A DNA stretch of 64,000 bases from Candidatus Aenigmatarchaeota archaeon (GCA_039090665.1 JAWCSL010000001.1:32001-96000), one strand, 5' to 3'. Shown: positions 8,833 through 18,956, numbered from the stretch's first letter. Program-made: numbers and translations. Notes: generated from the letters alone by a model not told the origin.

Positions 8833-10851
8833 TCAAGCAAGAATAGCATATCTAGCGATCAAAGAAGCAAAGACAGAAGCTGTTAAAGACATGACTGTTA
8901 TCATTGTGTTCAAACTTGGTCCTGCTGTGTCCTTGAAAGGATCACCAACAGTATCACCAACAACAGCAGCCTTATGAGCTTCTGAACCTTTTCCACCAAA
9001 AGCCCCTTCTTCTATCAGCTTCTTAGCATTGTCCCAAGCTCCACCAGAATTTGCCATGAAAAGAGCAAAAATTATTCCTGTGATTATACTTCCTGCTAAA
9101 AAGCCCGCTAAAGCCTCTTTTCCCAAAATGAAGCCAACAAGCAAAGGTGCAGCTATAGCAAGCAAACAAGGAAGCATAAGCTCTCTTAAAGCACCTTTAG
9201 TTGCTATGTCCACGCATTTGGCATAATCAGGTTTAGCTTTTCCTTTCATCAATCCAGGAATTTCTTTAAATTGCCTTCTCACTTCTTCTATCATACGAAA
9301 AGCATTTCTCCCTACTGCCAAAATCAATAAAGCCGAAATCACAGGAGGCATCATGCTACCAATAAAAGTCCCAACTATAACCTTAGGCTCCATCAAGTTT
9401 ATTGAAAACAAACCAGTAGTCAAATCTTTCCTTATTTCAACAACTTCAGCGTAAGCCCCAAGCAAAGCCAAAACTGTTAAAGCTGCAGCACCAATCGCGA
9501 AACCTTTTGTTATTGCTTTTGTTGTATTTCCCAAAGCATCAAGTCTGTCTGTAATTTCCAAGACTTTGCCTTTCAAACCAGCTTGTTCCGCTATTCCTTT
9601 TGCATTATCGACAATTGGACCATAAGCATCAGAAGAAATTATCATTCCAACTATTGCTAACATACCCACTGCTGCTATAGCCACACCATAAAGATTACTT
9701 ACACCGAAAGCCCCTGCAAGATGCCAAGCTGCAAGCATTGCTACACAAATTCCGATGATTGAAGGTACAATGCTCAAGATTCCATAAGAAAAGCCTGAGA
9801 GGATGTTGATAGCAGCTCCTGTTTTTGCAGCTTCTGCTGTTTTTTTCACAGGAGCTTTATCGATTGATGTATAGTAGTTTGTTGTTATTCCTATAATCAT
9901 GCCAGATATAAGTCCAGCTAAAGTTGGTAAGAGAACACCAAAAGTTTGGTTTCCAAGTTCAAGAGCTTGAATCACAAAAAATGTTAAAATTGCAAAAATA
10001 AAACAAGTGGAAAAGGTTCCAACATTCAACGCAAGATTAGGGTTCTTTTTCTTGGCCAAATTGACGAAAATTAAACCAAGAAGAGAGGAAAAAATCCCAG
10101 CAGCTGCTATCAACAAAGGCAAGAAGATAAAGCTTGGAGCAATTGCTTTCCCAATTATCATGGCAGCTATGATGCTTGCTATGTAAGAATCTATCAAGTC
10201 AGCACCCATTCCTGCAACATCACCCACATTATCACCCACATTATCAGCAATAACAGCAGGATTTCTTGGGTCATCTTCAGGAATTTCCATTTCCACTTTT
10301 CCCACCAAATCAGCTCCAATATCTGCTGTTTTAGTGTAAATGCCACCACCAGCTTTTGCAAACAAAGCCAAAGCACTTGCACCAAAGCTGAAACCCAAAA
10401 CAATCTCAGGATCTTGGTAAATTTGGTATAAAATGCTTATGCCAAGCAAAGCTATGCCAACTATCATTAAACCCATGATGGCCCCACCATAAAAACCAAC
10501 AGAAAAAGCTTTTGCTAATCCTTTTCTTGCTGCATTTGTAACCCTAACATTTGTTTTAACTGCTGCCAGCATTCCAAAGTAGCTTGCTATAGCAGTGGAA
10601 AAAGAGCCAAGCAAGTAGGCTAGAGCTATGTCTGGGCTTAAGAAGAGAAAAATAAGAGTTGTCATGATGACAACGAAAATTGCCAAATAAAGATTTTGCC
10701 TCTTCAAGTAAGCTTTTGCTCCCACTTTTATCGCTTCAGAAATTTCTTCCATTTTTTTGGTTCCCGGGCTTTGTTTGCTCACATGGAAATACAAGTAACA
10801 AGCTGTGAAGATCGAAGCTAAGCCTGCGATTGTTGGGATTGAAGCAAACAT
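8833..10851 (-). CDS. hppA: Membrane-bound pyrophosphatase, probably K+-independent H+-PPase
   Basis: [35 protein letters not shown]; Lys in GNTTKA. Confidence 0.95.
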   Translation of the reverse strand: MFASIPTIAGLASIFTACYLYFHVSKQSPGTKKMEEISEAIKVGAKAYLKRQNLYLAIFVVIMTTLIFLFLSPDIALAYLLGSFSTAIASYFGMLAAVKTNVRVTNAARKGLAKAFSVGFYGGAIMGLMIVGIALLGISILYQIYQDPEIVLGFSFGASALALFAKAGGGIYTKTADIGADLVGKVEMEIPEDDPRNPAVIADNVGDNVGDVAGMGADLIDSYIASIIAAMIIGKAIAPSFIFLPLLIAAAGIFSSLLGLIFVNLAKKKNPNLALNVGTFSTCFIFAILTFFVIQALELGNQTFGVLLPTLAGLISGMIIGITTNYYTSIDKAPVKKTAEAAKTGAAINILSGFSYGILSIVPSIIGICVAMLAAWHLAGAFGVSNLYGVAIAAVGMLAIVGMIISSDAYGPIVDNAKGIAEQAGLKGKVLEITDRLDALGNTTKAITKGFAIGAAALTVLALLGAYAEVVEIRKDLTTGLFSINLMEPKVIVGTFIGSMMPPVISALLILAVGRNAFRMIEEVRRQFKEIPGLMKGKAKPDYAKCVDIATKGALRELMLPCLLAIAAPLLVGFILGKEALAGFLAGSIITGIIFALFMANSGGAWDNAKKLIEEGAFGGKGSEAHKAAVVGDTVGDPFKDTAGPSLNTMITVMSLTASVFASLIARYAILA

Positions 10852-10908
10852 GAAATCACGATATATAAAAATTTTGTTCGATGATAACTTAAATTTTAAA
10901 CCATAAGA

Positions 10909-11320
10909 TTAAGTTAAGTAGTGCCTACATATTTCTAAAACTTTCCTACATTTTTCACACAAAAAATTCTCTATCCTTAAGTTAGAAGGATTGATTGACC
11001 AAAGATATTCGACCAACTCTTCGACCTTACTATAAGGATACATTAAACACTTGTATTTGTAATCTGGCTCATAATGATGAGTCAATCCGAATTTATTTTC
11101 AGCTATTTCATGTAAAAACCCGCAACTCAAAAATCTCTTCTTGATTTCTAAATATTGATTTGAAATAAAGAAAGTAGATAAATAAATTGACAAATAACTT
11201 TCTTTATCGATTTCTAATATGTTAGAAGCTGCCCAGCTCTTAAGGCCTCTCTCAAGAAAGTGATACGGAACTTCAGATCCTTCTGTGTAAAAGAATGGGC
11301 CGTAAAGTAATAATTTTCAT
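10909..11320 (-). pseudogene. Hypothetical protein (HEIAE/Cys motifs) with apparent frameshift just after the start
   Basis: Frame of the 94-aa ORF stays open upstream to ~11313; ATG at 11320 is out of frame by one A in an A-run. Confidence 0.4.
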
Positions 11321-11347
11321 TCCACACTATTAAGTTATTCTTTTTAT

Positions 11348-11593
11348 TTATGAAAGGTAAAACCAAGTCGAAAATCTCATTAAATTACAGGAGTGTTGAT
11401 CTTCATAAGTTTCTTTTGCCAATTTCAGTATTTTTTCTTTTGAATCTAATCCATATTTTCTAAGGATTTTCCAATTTTCTTCAGTTAGATTTCCAATTGA
11501 ACTTTCTGTAAGCTGAAGAAAAATTTTCTTTCCTTCTTCAGTTTCTTTGCAATTATCGGAAATTCTAATTTCCAATTGGAAAATTATTTTCAA
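11348..11593 (-). CDS. Hypothetical or fragmentary protein
   Basis: ORF with protein-like composition only. Confidence 0.25.
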   Translation of the reverse strand: MKIIFQLEIRISDNCKETEEGKKIFLQLTESSIGNLTEENWKILRKYGLDSKEKILKLAKETYEDQHSCNLMRFSTWFYLS

Positions 11594-11786
11594 GAAGAGT
11601 TTTCTTCAAAATATCTTCTAGTTCTCCATTTCTTTTTTCCACTAATATATCAAACCTTCTCATATTTTATCTGTAATATTTCTTCTGTCAAATCATTTTT
11701 TTCAAAAAATCTATTTAGAGTAAGAAATTTTAAAAAATATAAAGAATTTAGTTTAAGTTCACAATTATTTAATACCAGCTCAAAAC

Positions 11787-11858
11787 GGGCCGGTAGATCA
11801 ATGGTAGATCGCCTCGCTTGCAACGAGGAGGCTCCGGGTTCAAATCCCGGCCGGTCCA
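11787..11858 (+). tRNA. tRNA-Ala(TGC)
   Basis: GGGCCGG/CCGGTCC with G3-U70, anticodon arm CCTCG-CTTGCAA-CGAGG. Confidence 0.97.
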
Positions 11859-11892
11859 TCAATGAAATTTTATTAAATTTAAATTCGAAATC

Positions 11893-11900
11893 TTTATAAA
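11893..11900 (+). promoter_or_regulatory. Probable TATA box of 23S rRNA gene
   Basis: TTTATAAA about 25 nt before structured leader (from ~11924). Confidence 0.6.
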
Positions 11901-11972
11901 TACAAAATACAACTTATTTATTTGCCGGTGTCAGTATGTCTGCTTAATTCGAGCATCGGCTTTCTTTATTTT

Positions 11973-12037
11973 AGCGATGAGCTTTGTCTTTCTCTGCTGA
12001 CAAAAAAGATGAAGATGTGGACACCTTGTGAGCAAGC
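11973..12037 (+). ncRNA. Putative box C/D sRNA A in 23S leader
   Basis: ATGAGCT-guide-CTGA-linker-ATGAAGA-guide-GTGA spacing; guides match 23S only with G-U pairs. Confidence 0.55.
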
Positions 12038-12080
12038 TGCATGCAACTCCTTATTGAAAGAATAAGGGGTGAAGAGTGGA

Positions 12081-12141
12081 GGTTGATGATAACATTTATT
12101 CGCCTGAAAAAAGATGAAGAGCGAACTGTCTATTTGAAACC
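12081..12141 (+). ncRNA. Box C/D sRNA B in 23S leader
   Basis: GGTT/AACC terminal stem, TGATGA, CTGA, ATGAAGA, TTGA; 8-bp guide to 16S 7293-7300 and 10-bp guide to 23S 15193-15202. Confidence 0.8.
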
Positions 12142-14181
12142 ATAAGATGACACTACCACAGGATCAAGGAGGTCACTAAGGCCTAACAAGCTGACCCCAC
12201 TTGGTGGATAGCTTGGCTTCGGAGCCGAAGAAGTACGTGGCAAGCTGCGATAAGCCTGGGGTAGCCGCATGCAGGCGTAGATCCCAGGATCTATGAATGC
12301 GAATCGCTGGCTTCGGCCAACTCCGAAAGGAGGGGGAACGCGCTGAATTGAAGCATCTTAGTAGGCGCAGGAAAAGAAATCAAATTGAGATGCCGTTAGT
12401 AGGGGCGACCGAAAGCGGCAGAGGGCAAACCGAACTGGTTGGCGAAGAGCCAAACAGGATGTGGAGTTGTAGGACCTGTGTCCTTCCTATCCTAGCCGAC
12501 CTGAAGTCTGCTGGAAAGCAGCGCCAAAGAGGGTGATAGCCCCGTAAGGGAAGGCTAGGAGGAAGATGGCAGGTATCCTGAGTACCATTTCCTGGATGGG
12601 AAGTGGGAAGCTGGGTGAATTAACATCCAACCCTAAATACTCCCGAAGTCCGATAGCGAACTAGTATGGTGACAGAAAGCTGAAAAGCACCGCGAAAGCG
12701 GGGTGAAAAGAGCTTGAAACCAAGTGGGGATAGTCAGACACGGCCCGGAAGGTGCTCCTTCGAATGAAATCCGAAAGGAGAGTAAGAGAAGGAGCTTACA
12801 GGGTCGTGTCGTCCGTGCGGAAACACGGGGCAGGGAGTTTGTCTCAGTGGTGAGGTTAACTTGCTTTCACAAGGTAGCCGGAGCGAAAGCGATTAGCCCG
12901 CAACTGTTCTTTATGGACAGTGAGGGGCAGGGTATGAAAGTGCCTGAAATCACTGGGACAAGACCCGAAGCCAGGCGATCTAACCCTGGGTAAGGCGAAG
13001 TCCCTCGAAAGGGGGATGGAAGCCTGCTACCGGTGCTGAGTTACAAATCGCTCGGGTGACCTGGGGTTAGTGGTGAAAAGCCTAACGAGCCTGGCGATAG
13101 CTGGTTCCTCCCCAAATGCACGTCAGTGCAGCCTGGTCGGAGGTAGGCAATGGGGTAGAGCTACTGATTGGAAGGTCAAGGACCGAAAGGTTCAGCCTTC
13201 CTGTCAAACTCCGAATCCATTGCCACCTGAGAAGACCGGAGTGAGGGTGCTGGGGTAAGCTCGGCACTCGAAAGGGGAACAACCCAGCCTAGGGTTAAGG
13301 TCCCTAAATGCTAGCTAAACGCTGAAGGGTGTCTGAACCCTCAGACAGTAGGGCTGTAGGCTTAGAAGCAGCCATCAGATAATAAGTGCGTAACAGCTTA
13401 CCTACCGAGGGTTCGGGCCCCGAAAATGGAAGGGACTAAGCTAGCTACCGATACCCTAGACCGCGAAAGCGGGGGTAGGGAGGCGTCCTGCATGGGCAGA
13501 AGCCTCTGCGTGAGCAGGGGTGGACCGTGCAGGATTGAAGATCCTGCCGAAAGTAACAGCAAAGTTAGGTGAGAATCCTAACCACCTGAAGCCTAAGGGT
13601 TTGCCAGCAATGTTGGTCAGCTGGCAGTTAGCCGGTCCTAAGGGTGCTCTTAACCGAAGCACTCGAAAGGGAAAGCCGTTAATATTCGGCTGCCATGGGG
13701 ATACGTGCGGCGACGCAAGCCAGTTTTCCGACGCTTCGGGATAGGCAGACGCAAGCTAACTGCCGAAGTGAGCGGAGTCTCTTAATGAGGAGAAGCTCAT
13801 GAAGGCAGGAATGGCTCCTCGTATGAGGAGTTCTGCTGATTCCTGGAGCCCGTGAAAAGGAAAACTGGAAGGATTCCCCATGACCGTACCGAGAACCGAC
13901 ACAGGTAGGCTTGCCGAGAAGGCAAAGGTGTGTTGGGAGAACCCAGCCTAGGGAAATCGGCAAGTTGGCCCCGTATCTTCGGTAGAAGGGGTGCCTGTTC
14001 TCTCGCAAGGGAGAGCAGGTCGCAGTGACAAGGGGGAAGCGACTGTTTAACAAAAACGCTGGAGACCGCAAGTCCGAAAGGATGTGTACGGTCTCTGATG
14101 CCTGCCCAGTGCCGGTGTGTGAAAGCCCGGTTCAACGGGAAGAAGCCCCGGCAAACGGCGGCGGTAACTCTGACCGTCGTA

Positions 14182-14231
14182 ACTCAAGGCGGTCATTTGA
14201 TTTAATGATATTCCGCTGCCTTGGGCGGCAT
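14182..14231 (+). ncRNA. 23S BHB intron 1 (50 nt, after ~A1927), D'/C' guide-like
   Basis: GTCG/CGGC helix, TAA and ATA bulges. Confidence 0.88.
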
Positions 14232-14360
14232 AAGTAGCGTAATCCCTTGCCGTTTAAATGACGGCCCGTCTGAACGGCTTAACGACTTCCCCACTGTCCT
14301 GGGCTGGGACCCAGTGAACTCGCCTTTCCGGTGAATAGGCCGGAGACCTCCTGTGGGAAA

Positions 14361-14391
<31 letters not shown>

Positions 14392-14545
14392 GTGTTGTGG
14401 TAAGGTTGTGACTGCATAGAGTAGGTAGGACTCGCTATTAGGCTGAGGCTTCGGCCGAAAGCTGAGAGGAAAGTGTAACACTACCCTTTCGCAACCTTAC
14501 CGCTAACTCGAAAGAGGACAGCACCAGATGGGCAGTTCGGCTGGG

Positions 14546-14631
14546 AGTCTAGAAGTCTAAATGAGGAGTCCCTTAAGTTATGATTTTTTATGATTAAGGG
14601 CATACGAACCGAAAGGCTTCTAGACCAGCAA
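14546..14631 (+). ncRNA. 23S BHB intron 2 (86 nt, P-loop, after ~G2252) containing a four-box C/D sRNA
   Basis: GCTG/CAGC helix, GGA and AAG bulges; removal restores GCTGGGGCGG. Confidence 0.93.
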
Positions 14632-14686
14632 GCGGTACGCCCTCGGTAAAGGATCGAGGGCGCCCAAAGGTCAGCTCATCCGGGTC

Positions 14687-14775
14687 ATGGTAGAGTCTAG
14701 TAAATGATTGGACCGTTCCAGAATGATCTTAATGATTTCTGAGGTAGCTGATGAGAATAGGCTCTACCACCCGCA
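14687..14775 (+). ncRNA. 23S BHB intron 3 (89 nt, after ~C2306) containing a four-box C/D sRNA
   Basis: CGGG/CCCG helix, TCA and CAA bulges; removal restores CGGGTCAGAAATCC. Confidence 0.92.
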
Positions 14776-14919
14776 AGAAATCCGGAGTAGAGTGTAAGCG
14801 CAAAAGCTGGCCTGACTGGATTCCGCAAAGCGAGGAATCCAGCCGCGAAAGCGTGGGCTAGCGATACTTCGGTTCCTCTTAATGGGGGCCGGAGGTATCA
14901 GAAAAGCTACCTCGGGGAT

Positions 14920-14973
14920 AAACTAGCTAGGGCTGATTAAATTATTTTTCTTCATATCTAGCTAGTTCCCTAA
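14920..14973 (+). ncRNA. 23S BHB intron 4 (54 nt, after ~U2449)
   Basis: GGGG/CCCT helix, ATA and AAA bulges, AACTAGCTAG/CTAGCTAGTT stem. Confidence 0.88.
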
Positions 14974-15001
14974 AATGGGCCCGTGGCCGGCGAAAGCCCA
15001 C

Positions 15002-15072
15002 TGCTCGAAGGGGTTTTTCGTCCCAAAGATAGCGAGCCTCGGGTTCTGAACTCGAGCCCTTCGCGCGGGTAA
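15002..15072 (+). ncRNA. 23S BHB intron 5 (71 nt, after ~2477)
   Basis: GCCC/GGGT helix, ACT and AAA bulges; removal restores AGCCCACATTGACCC. Confidence 0.9.
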
Positions 15073-15628
15073 ATTGACCCGGCGCGTTGGTGCGTCGATG
15101 TTGGCTCCCCCTCTCCTGGCCGTGCAGCAGCGGCCAAGGGTACAGGTGCCCACTGGTTAAAAGGGGACGCTAGCTGAGTTCAGAACGTCGTGAGACAGTT
15201 CGGTCGCTATCTACAGGAGGTGCTGGTCGTCTGACCGGAAGGAAGGGTTAGTACGAAAGGAACACCCTTCCGTGGCCTCTGGTCTACCGGTTGTCCATTT
15301 GGCATCGCCGGGCAGCCAAGCCATACGTGGATAAGAGCTGAATGCATCTAAGCTCGAAACCACCCGGAAAAATAGACGACCACTCTTGCTACTGGTGCGC
15401 AAGCATCGGTGGCAAGACGAAGGCCCCTGTAGACTACAGGTTTGATAGGGGAGAGGTGTAAGCCTCAAGCTTTCGAGCGAGAGGCGAGCCTGCTCCTACT
15501 AAAAGCCTGAGTTGTTAGGCCTTGATAAGCTCCTTGATCCTGTGGTAGTGTGAAAAAATTCTGATTCTCCCAAAAATATATACTAGAGTAGAGAAAACTT
15601 ATTTAATTGTCACTACATAGTAGTTATT

Positions 15629-16350
15629 ATGGAAATGGAAGAAGAATTCAATAAAAAACTTCGGGAAATAGGAAGGGCTTGTGGTAAGATAGCTTATGAT
15701 ATAAAAAACTTATACAAGGGTGAGGTGGAAAAAATTCTTTTTGTTGTTCCTTTGAGAGGAGGCTGGCCAATCTGGGAAGGTGTTTCTTACGGCTTGTATA
15801 AACAGTTAGGCAGTTTTGAAGCAGATGTTGTTTTTCTTCCTGCCACTTCAATAGTGGAAGAAAGAGACAAATTTATAGAAAATAGTTTGACACACTTGTT
15901 CAAAAAATTGTATCCTTGAAAGAAATTATAAGGCAGTAATAATTGTTGATGAAGCTGTAAGTGGATCTTCTTCAAAAATGGTTTTTGATAATGTGAAAAA
16001 TTGTGTGAAAAATTATAAGCCAGAGTGGAAAAGGTTTTTATTGGAAAGATTTGAGTATTGAGCTTTATTTGGTTGCAGCAAATAAAGGAGAAAAACTAAA
16101 TCCAAGAATTCGGAAGATGAGAAATGTTTTGATATACCCAATTGAAGATAAAATCATAACAACAGACAATTCTGAAATTTATCCTATGGAGTATGTAACA
16201 GAAGTTGGAAGAAGGGGTAGTGAAGATGATAAAATTTATAGAGTTGTAAAGCCAGATGTTGTTTTTGAGAAAAATGAAGTTTGGAAGGAGATTGTTAAAG
16301 AAATAGAAAGAGGTGTTGATGAATTTTTTGAAGCTCAAAACAAGAGTTAA
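15629..16350 (+). pseudogene. Phosphoribosyltransferase-like gene broken by two frameshifts
   Basis: VPLRGG in first piece; AVIIVDEAVSGSS (PRPP-loop-like) in another frame at ~15933-15971; third piece 16051-16350. Confidence 0.6.
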
Positions 16351-16399
16351 ACAAAAATTCTTCAAAATTTTTATTCTTGGTCATTGAAAGCTATCTCCC

Positions 16400-17113
16400 C
16401 TAAAAAATCGCAACAAAGCAGAATCCAGAAAGGACAAGCAAATCAATGTGAAAAGGAATAAAAGAAGTTTTTATCAAGATTTGTCTTAAAGCATCGACAC
16501 CATAAGTTAGCGGATCTAAAATAGAAGCAGTTTTCAACCAGTTTGGAGCTTGGTCCAAAGGATAGAAAGTAGCACTCAACAACATCAAAGGCATGATCAA
16601 AAAGTTCATTATCAAGCCAAATACTTCCATTGTTTTGAGAAAAGAAGCTATTATCAGGCCTATGCTCACGAGACCAAGGGAAATTAAAACCATGATAAAA
16701 ATTGATGAAAAGAATGTGGGAAAATCAAGATTTATGCCGAAAAAGAAAGACGAACACAAAATCAAAATTCCTTGAATCAAAGCTATTGTACAACCGCCTA
16801 AAGCCTTGCCCAAGAAGATCGAAATCCTGCTCACAGGCGCTACCAAAATTTCTTTCAAAAATCCAAATTCTCTGTCCCAAATCACAGAAATCCCTGTTGC
16901 TATAGAAATCCCAACTAGCGAGATTGCAACTATCCCAGGAAAAAGAAAAGTTTGGTAGTTTAGATTGCTAATTTTCACAAAGCCAAAACCACTTCCAAGA
17001 ACTATGAGAAAAAGAATTGGTTGAAGAAAAGAACTTACCACTCTAACTTTATCTCTTGTATACTTTTTAAGTTCTCTCCACCAAATCCAATAAATCGCTT
17101 CAAGCTCTCTCAT
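16400..17113 (-). CDS. ABC-2 type exporter permease
   Basis: DREFGFLKEILVAPVSR, DPLTYGVDALR, six TM segments. Confidence 0.92.
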   Translation of the reverse strand: MRELEAIYWIWWRELKKYTRDKVRVVSSFLQPILFLIVLGSGFGFVKISNLNYQTFLFPGIVAISLVGISIATGISVIWDREFGFLKEILVAPVSRISIFLGKALGGCTIALIQGILILCSSFFFGINLDFPTFFSSIFIMVLISLGLVSIGLIIASFLKTMEVFGLIMNFLIMPLMLLSATFYPLDQAPNWLKTASILDPLTYGVDALRQILIKTSFIPFHIDLLVLSGFCFVAIF

Positions 17114-18062
17114 AATTTCTTTCCCTGATTTCTTTACCAGTGTAATGCAAGAAAACATCTTCCAATCTTGGTTTTCTTATGTTTATTGAACTGACTTTTA
17201 TTCCTTCCTTTTCGGCAAAGCTGAGAAGTTTGGGAACAAACTTGTCAGCATCTTTAACTGTTATGTGGATTTTTTTCTCGAGAATGTGAAAATTTTTCAC
17301 TTCTTTCAACTCTCTTAATTTTCCCAAATTTTCAGTATTTTCGACTTCAAGAGTTATGACATCACCTTCCAAACTTTTCTTTAAATTTTCAGGAGTATCC
17401 AAAACTTTTATTTCTCCTTTGTCGATTATGGCAACCCTGTTGCAAAGGAAGTCAGCTTCTTCCATGTAATGAGTTGTTAAGAAAATTGTTATGTTTTCCT
17501 TTTCTACAAGCTTCTTTATGTATTCCCAAATATGTTCTCTTGTTTGTGGGTCTAAGCCTAGAGTTGGCTCATCCAAAAATAAAACTTTTGGGTAGTGAAT
17601 CAAACCTCTTGCTATCTCAAGCCTTCTCTTCATTCCTCCTGAAAATTTTTTCACGATTTCATTTTGCTTTTCAGCAAGACCAACAAGCTCTAAGACTTCA
17701 TCTATCCTTTTCTTTCTCTCAGCTTTAGGTACTCCATACAAGCCCGCGTGCATTTCCAGATTTTCTCTTGCAGTAAGTCTATCTTCCAAGCTAGGATCTT
17801 GAAATACTATTCCTATTGATTTTCTAACTTGATCTTTTTCCTTAATGATATCAAAACCATTAACTTTTGCTGTCCCGCTTGTTGGCTTCAATATCGTGCA
17901 AAGCATGGAGATGAAAGTTGTCTTGCCTGCACCATTCGGTCCAAGCAAGCCGAAAATTTCACCTTGATTGATTTGTATGCTCACATTGTTTACAGCTCTC
18001 AAGCCATTGAAATCTTTTGTTAAGTTGAAAGTTTCTATTGCAAACATCTTTCTCACTTTCAA
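17100..18062 (-). CDS. ABC exporter ATPase (DrrA/NodI-like)
   Basis: GPNGAGKTT, FSGGMKRR, LDEPT; start probably a few codons downstream. Confidence 0.95.
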   Translation of the reverse strand: MKVRKMFAIETFNLTKDFNGLRAVNNVSIQINQGEIFGLLGPNGAGKTTFISMLCTILKPTSGTAKVNGFDIIKEKDQVRKSIGIVFQDPSLEDRLTARENLEMHAGLYGVPKAERKKRIDEVLELVGLAEKQNEIVKKFSGGMKRRLEIARGLIHYPKVLFLDEPTLGLDPQTREHIWEYIKKLVEKENITIFLTTHYMEEADFLCNRVAIIDKGEIKVLDTPENLKKSLEGDVITLEVENTENLGKLRELKEVKNFHILEKKIHITVKDADKFVPKLLSFAEKEGIKVSSINIRKPRLEDVFLHYTGKEIRERNYERA

Positions 18063-18117
18063 TAGGAATGAATTTTTATTTTATTTAAGTTTAAAAATTG
18101 CTTCCCAAATTTATTTT

Positions 18118-18954
18118 ATGAAAATCATTTTCTCTGAAAAATGTTTAGAATATTCTGACTTTCATATAGAAAGCCCTGAAAGGGTGAGAAAAGCTTACGA
18201 AATTTTAAGAGAAGCGGGATATGAATTTCTTGAACCAGAGCCTGCATCTGAAGAAGACATTTTAAGAGTTCATACTAAGGAACATTTGGAAAGAATTAAA
18301 ACTGGAAATTTTTTTGATCCAGACACTCCTGCTTACAATAACATTTATGAGTATGCGAGATTAGCGGCAGGAGGAGCGATTCTTGCTGCAAAAGTAAAAG
18401 GCTTTTCTTTAATGCGTCCTCCAGGACATCATGCTGGCAAGAATGGAAAAGCCCTGGGTGCTTCAACTTTAGGTTTTTGCTATTTCAACAACATTGCAAT
18501 TGCTGTAAGAGCTTTGGGCAAATCAACGCTTATAATTGATATAGATGGCCATCACGGCAATGGTACTCAAGAAATTTTCTTCAAAGACCCAAAAGTTACT
18601 TACATTTCTTTACATTGTTCTCCCCTTTATCCAGGTACAGGTAAATATTCTGAAGAAAATTGCTTTAACTTTCCTTTGTCTGCAGATGTGGGAGAAAAGA
18701 AATATTTACAAACTCTTAAACTGGCTTTATCCAAAGTTGAAAAAAGAAATTTTGAGGTTATAGCAATCTCTGCGGGTTTTGATTGTCATGCTGGAGACAT
18801 AGCTTCTTTGGGTTTGACTTCTAAATCTTTCAGGAAAATTGGAGAAATGATAAAGAAATTGGAGAGACCAGTTTTTGGTGTTTTAGAGGGTGGTTACATA
18901 GGAGAAAATGTGGGAAAAGATTTAAATGAACTTTTAAAGGGATTGGAAGCTTGA
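18118..18954 (+). CDS. Histone deacetylase family protein
   Basis: ESPER, RPPGHHA, GFCYFNN, DGHHGNGTQ, LEGGY; start moved to MKIIF. Confidence 0.93.
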   Translation: MKIIFSEKCLEYSDFHIESPERVRKAYEILREAGYEFLEPEPASEEDILRVHTKEHLERIKTGNFFDPDTPAYNNIYEYARLAAGGAILAAKVKGFSLMRPPGHHAGKNGKALGASTLGFCYFNNIAIAVRALGKSTLIIDIDGHHGNGTQEIFFKDPKVTYISLHCSPLYPGTGKYSEENCFNFPLSADVGEKKYLQTLKLALSKVEKRNFEVIAISAGFDCHAGDIASLGLTSKSFRKIGEMIKKLERPVFGVLEGGYIGENVGKDLNELLKGLEA

Positions 18955-18956
18955 AT

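Noticed and set aside
11576..11899. ORFs overlapping tRNA-Ala on both strands
   Set aside because: Explained by the tRNA sequence
14920..14973. CTGA in 23S intron 4 as a guide box
   Set aside because: No C/C' box and no convincing antisense match; plain or decayed hairpin intron
15384..15417. Long hairpin near the 23S 3' end as a sixth intron
   Set aside because: No BHB found; fits the variable helix 98 region
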